A stretch of 61,795 nt of DNA. Origin: an uncultured bacterium. GTDB lineage: Bacteria > Bacteroidota > Bacteroidia > Bacteroidales > CAIWKO01. The notes beneath the pieces were generated by a model. That model made no database searches. It had not been told where the DNA came from and saw nothing but the letters and a program-made list of their open reading frames with translations. Shown piece after piece: positions 60,201-61,795 of this stretch; within the stretch, counting starts at the first letter, position 1; each line of letters opens with the position of its first letter. A program made the position numbers and the translations under genes. The DNA lies in the NCBI GenBank assembly GCA_903862465.1, contig CAIOYH010000124.1, positions 1 to 61,795 of the forward strand, written 5' to 3'.

Positions 60201-60670
60201 ATCAGGGTTCGTTCATCATAGAAGAACTGACCGAATTGGTGGAAGAAGCCGTAATGGCAGAGTTTGAGCGCATTTCCGAACGCGGCGGCGTGTTGGGCGC
60301 CATGGAAACTGCCTATCAGCGCAGCAAAATTCAAGACGAATCGCTCTACTACGAAACCCTGAAACACACAGGCGAACTCCCCATCATGGGCGTCAACACC
60401 TTTCTCTCGTCCGACGGCTCGCCCACCCTCATCCCCGGCGAAGTGATACGTTCAACCGAAACCGAGAAACAATATCAGATTTCGATGCTCGACCAATTGC
60501 ACAAACTTCATGAAGATAAACTCACACATATTCTGACCGACTTGAAACATGCCGCCTACAGCAACCAAAATGTGTTCGAAAAGATAATGGAGATTTCAAA
60601 ATACTGCTCCATCGGACAAATCACACATGCGCTGTATGAGGTGGGGGGGCAGTATAGGAGGAATATGTAA
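57290..60670 (+). CDS. icmF: Fused isobutyryl-CoA mutase / MeaB-like GTPase
   Basis: B12-binding domain (FDGHDAS), P-loop [12 protein letters not shown], mutase domain ([22 protein letters not shown]). ATG at 57290. Confidence 0.93.
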   Translation: MQSTQIYSPKNHIRIVTAASLFDGHDASINVMRRIIQSTGAEVIHLGHNRSVQEIVDCAVQEDAQAIAVTSYQGGHIEFFKYMYDMLKEKGFDDVKIFGGGGGVILPEEITELEAYGITKIYSPDDGREMGLQGMINDVMEKSDFPRGNDVNTSLVEIEQQNYKAISKMISAVENYPEKIADMMTQIDEKAANSNVPVLGITGTGGSGKSSLVDEFIRRFIHDFTDKKIAIVCVDPSKRKTGGALLGDRIRMNSINNPRVYVRSMATRQSNLALSKYVKEAINILKVAGFDLIILETSGIGQSDTEIVDHSNLCLYVMTPEFGAPSQLEKIDMLEYADIIALNKFDKRGGMDALRDVKKQYQRNHLRFDEQHDEMPVYGTIASQFNDAGVNQFYKALIDMLNAKLHLNFISSNALVGEIPDKIYIIPPQRTRYLAEISETVKNYNQWTDEQGDIAQKLFGLHESIELLKQENNPINVELIAKLEAIYTELNESLDKNNHTILNTWQQKIKSYKDEFYLFKVRDKELKIKTHTETLSHLQIPKISLPKYTAWGDILKWNLKENVPGEFPYVAGVFPFKREGEDPTRMFAGEGGPERTNKRFHYLSKGLPAKRLSTAFDSVTLYGNDPDLRPDIYGKIGNSGVSISCLDDAKKLYSGFNLSDPSTSVSMTINGPAPIMVGYFMNAAIDQQCENFIRENGLEQEVEQKIEDIFRKKGIARPKYQEELPDGNNGLGLMLLGVTGDQVLPAEVYHNIKMCTLASVRGTVQADILKEDQGQNTCIFSTDFSLKLMGDVQEYFINNNVRNFYSVSISGYHIAEAGANPISQLAFTLANGFTYVEYYLSRGMHIDKFAPNLSFFFSNGIDIEFSVIGRVARSIWAKTMKHKYKGNARSQQLKYHIQTSGRSLHAQEIGFNDIRTTLQALYAIYDNCNSLHTNAYDEAITTPTEESVRRAMAIQMIINHELGLAKNQNPNQGSFIIEELTELVEEAVMAEFERISERGGVLGAMETAYQRSKIQDESLYYETLKHTGELPIMGVNTFLSSDGSPTLIPGEVIRSTETEKQYQISMLDQLHKLHEDKLTHILTDLKHAAYSNQNVFEKIMEISKYCSIGQITHALYEVGGQYRRNM

Positions 60671-60778
60671 GTTCAGAGTTCGGAGTTTAGAGTTCAGAGT
60701 TTCGAGTTCGGAGCTTGGATAATGGAGCCTTAAACTTGGAACTAGAAACTATGAACTCAGAACTATGAACTCCGAACT
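60670..60778. repeat. Inverted pair of 7-bp arrays (GAGTTCA/G-like, then GAACTAT/CA-like) between convergent genes
   Basis: Visible 7-nt period; the two halves are approximate reverse complements. Confidence 0.75.
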
Positions 60779-60841
60779 ACTGAAAAATTACTTTCCGTAC
60801 CGCGCTTCCCGGCAGCGTTTTCACGTTGTGGAATTTTGTTT

Positions 60842-61591
60842 TTACTCATCTTTGCGGGATTGGAGGCGGAGTTCGTTGACGAGGCGTGTTATTAAGTCAA
60901 TAAACATTTCGTAGTTATCATCTATATCGGTAGATTCGTAACCGAGTTTCTTACGGGTTTTTGAATCACCGCTCACTTCTTCTATTACACCATCCAAAGT
61001 ATATTTCATTTTGCAGCCATTGGTGCAGGGTGTATAGTTCAGCACAAAGGTTCCTAAAACTTCTCCGCTTTTAGTATTTGTGATTTTGAAAATTGCTTGA
61101 GCACCGACGAAATAAAAGTATTTTTGCAGGGTGATTTCGTTGTCATTTCTTTGTTCATCAGGAATGACTTTGTTTGTATAATAATTGACGAGGCGGTTAT
61201 CAATCAATTCTAAAATTAAATCAGCAGAAGGGCTTGGGATGCTATCGGATGTAAACTGTTTCTCAAAAATTGAACGATCAATTACGTTAAAGTTACGCTG
61301 AAGAAGAATCTTTTCGATGGCAAAATAGAGGGTGCGATTGGAATAGCGTTCTTCTTCAACTATGCTATTTTTTTTGTCGGGGACACGCAGCACGAAAGAG
61401 CATTGCGGTTTTGTTTTAAGGAAGGATATTAATGTTGGTTTTAGTATTATTTCATCCGGCTTCTGTGCAAATTTGAATTTACCATATAAATATATAGGTG
61501 GCTTGGGAGTAATGCAAGAAGTAGAGAACATAATGATGAATAAAAAATAAAATGCATAGACAGCTTTTTGTTTATATTGAATTGTTTCCAT
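60842..61591 (-). CDS. Hypothetical lipoprotein
   Basis: 249-aa ORF with a hydrophobic leader ending FSTSC. Confidence 0.7.
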   Translation of the reverse strand: METIQYKQKAVYAFYFLFIIMFSTSCITPKPPIYLYGKFKFAQKPDEIILKPTLISFLKTKPQCSFVLRVPDKKNSIVEEERYSNRTLYFAIEKILLQRNFNVIDRSIFEKQFTSDSIPSPSADLILELIDNRLVNYYTNKVIPDEQRNDNEITLQKYFYFVGAQAIFKITNTKSGEVLGTFVLNYTPCTNGCKMKYTLDGVIEEVSGDSKTRKKLGYESTDIDDNYEMFIDLITRLVNELRLQSRKDE

Positions 61592-61795
61592 GGTGAATTA
61601 ATTTTATTTGCAAATTTATAAATAAAGAGTAAAAGTACGGAATATTTTTGAATTGGGATAAAAATATTATAGATTATCTGCAAAAAAACTGAAAGGTTCT
61701 AAGCCGAAACATAATCTCAGAAGCAAATCATTTGCACAAAGTCTCTATCCTTTTTCTAAAATAACAACTCCGCCTTTCAAGGCGGAGCCTGATGA

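Noticed and set aside
57350-60367. Antisense ORFs up to 201 aa inside icmF
   Set aside because: Opposite-strand shadows of a well-supported gene.

Overview
AT-rich Bacteroidota (Bacteroidales-like) chromosomal window. The assignment rests on TAnnTTTG promoter motifs, T9SS C-terminal domains and the bamD-rpoZ-coaBC-porD-recN operon. The left ~26.8 kb is an accessory region made of two tandem, same-orientation (minus strand) copies of one module. In transcription order the module is: helically phased AATGAC array, membrane-anchored AraC regulator, GTCC..GGAC inverted repeat plus promoter, ORF built around a 21-bp (7-aa) tandem array between conserved anchors, 243-aa protein of unknown function, conserved terminator hairpin, conserved ~75-nt leader, large secreted surface protein. 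The cargo is a 5697-aa T9SS adhesin-like protein in one copy and a tail-fibre-repeat protein cut by the window edge in the other. The right ~35 kb is mostly housekeeping and metabolic genes: recN, porD, coaBC, rpoZ, bamD, LTA-synthase family, M4 protease, SPFH, xseAB, TonB-dependent-like barrel, pyrDK, AmgK/RapZ-like kinase with nucleotidyltransferase, AddB-like nuclease, FabK-like enzyme, and thiolase-hbd-crt-buk divergent from icmF. It is interspersed with further 21-bp, 42-bp and 7-bp tandem arrays. No rRNA, tRNA, CRISPR, integrase, transposase or reverse transcriptase was recognised. All family calls come from motif recognition by eye, not database searches.
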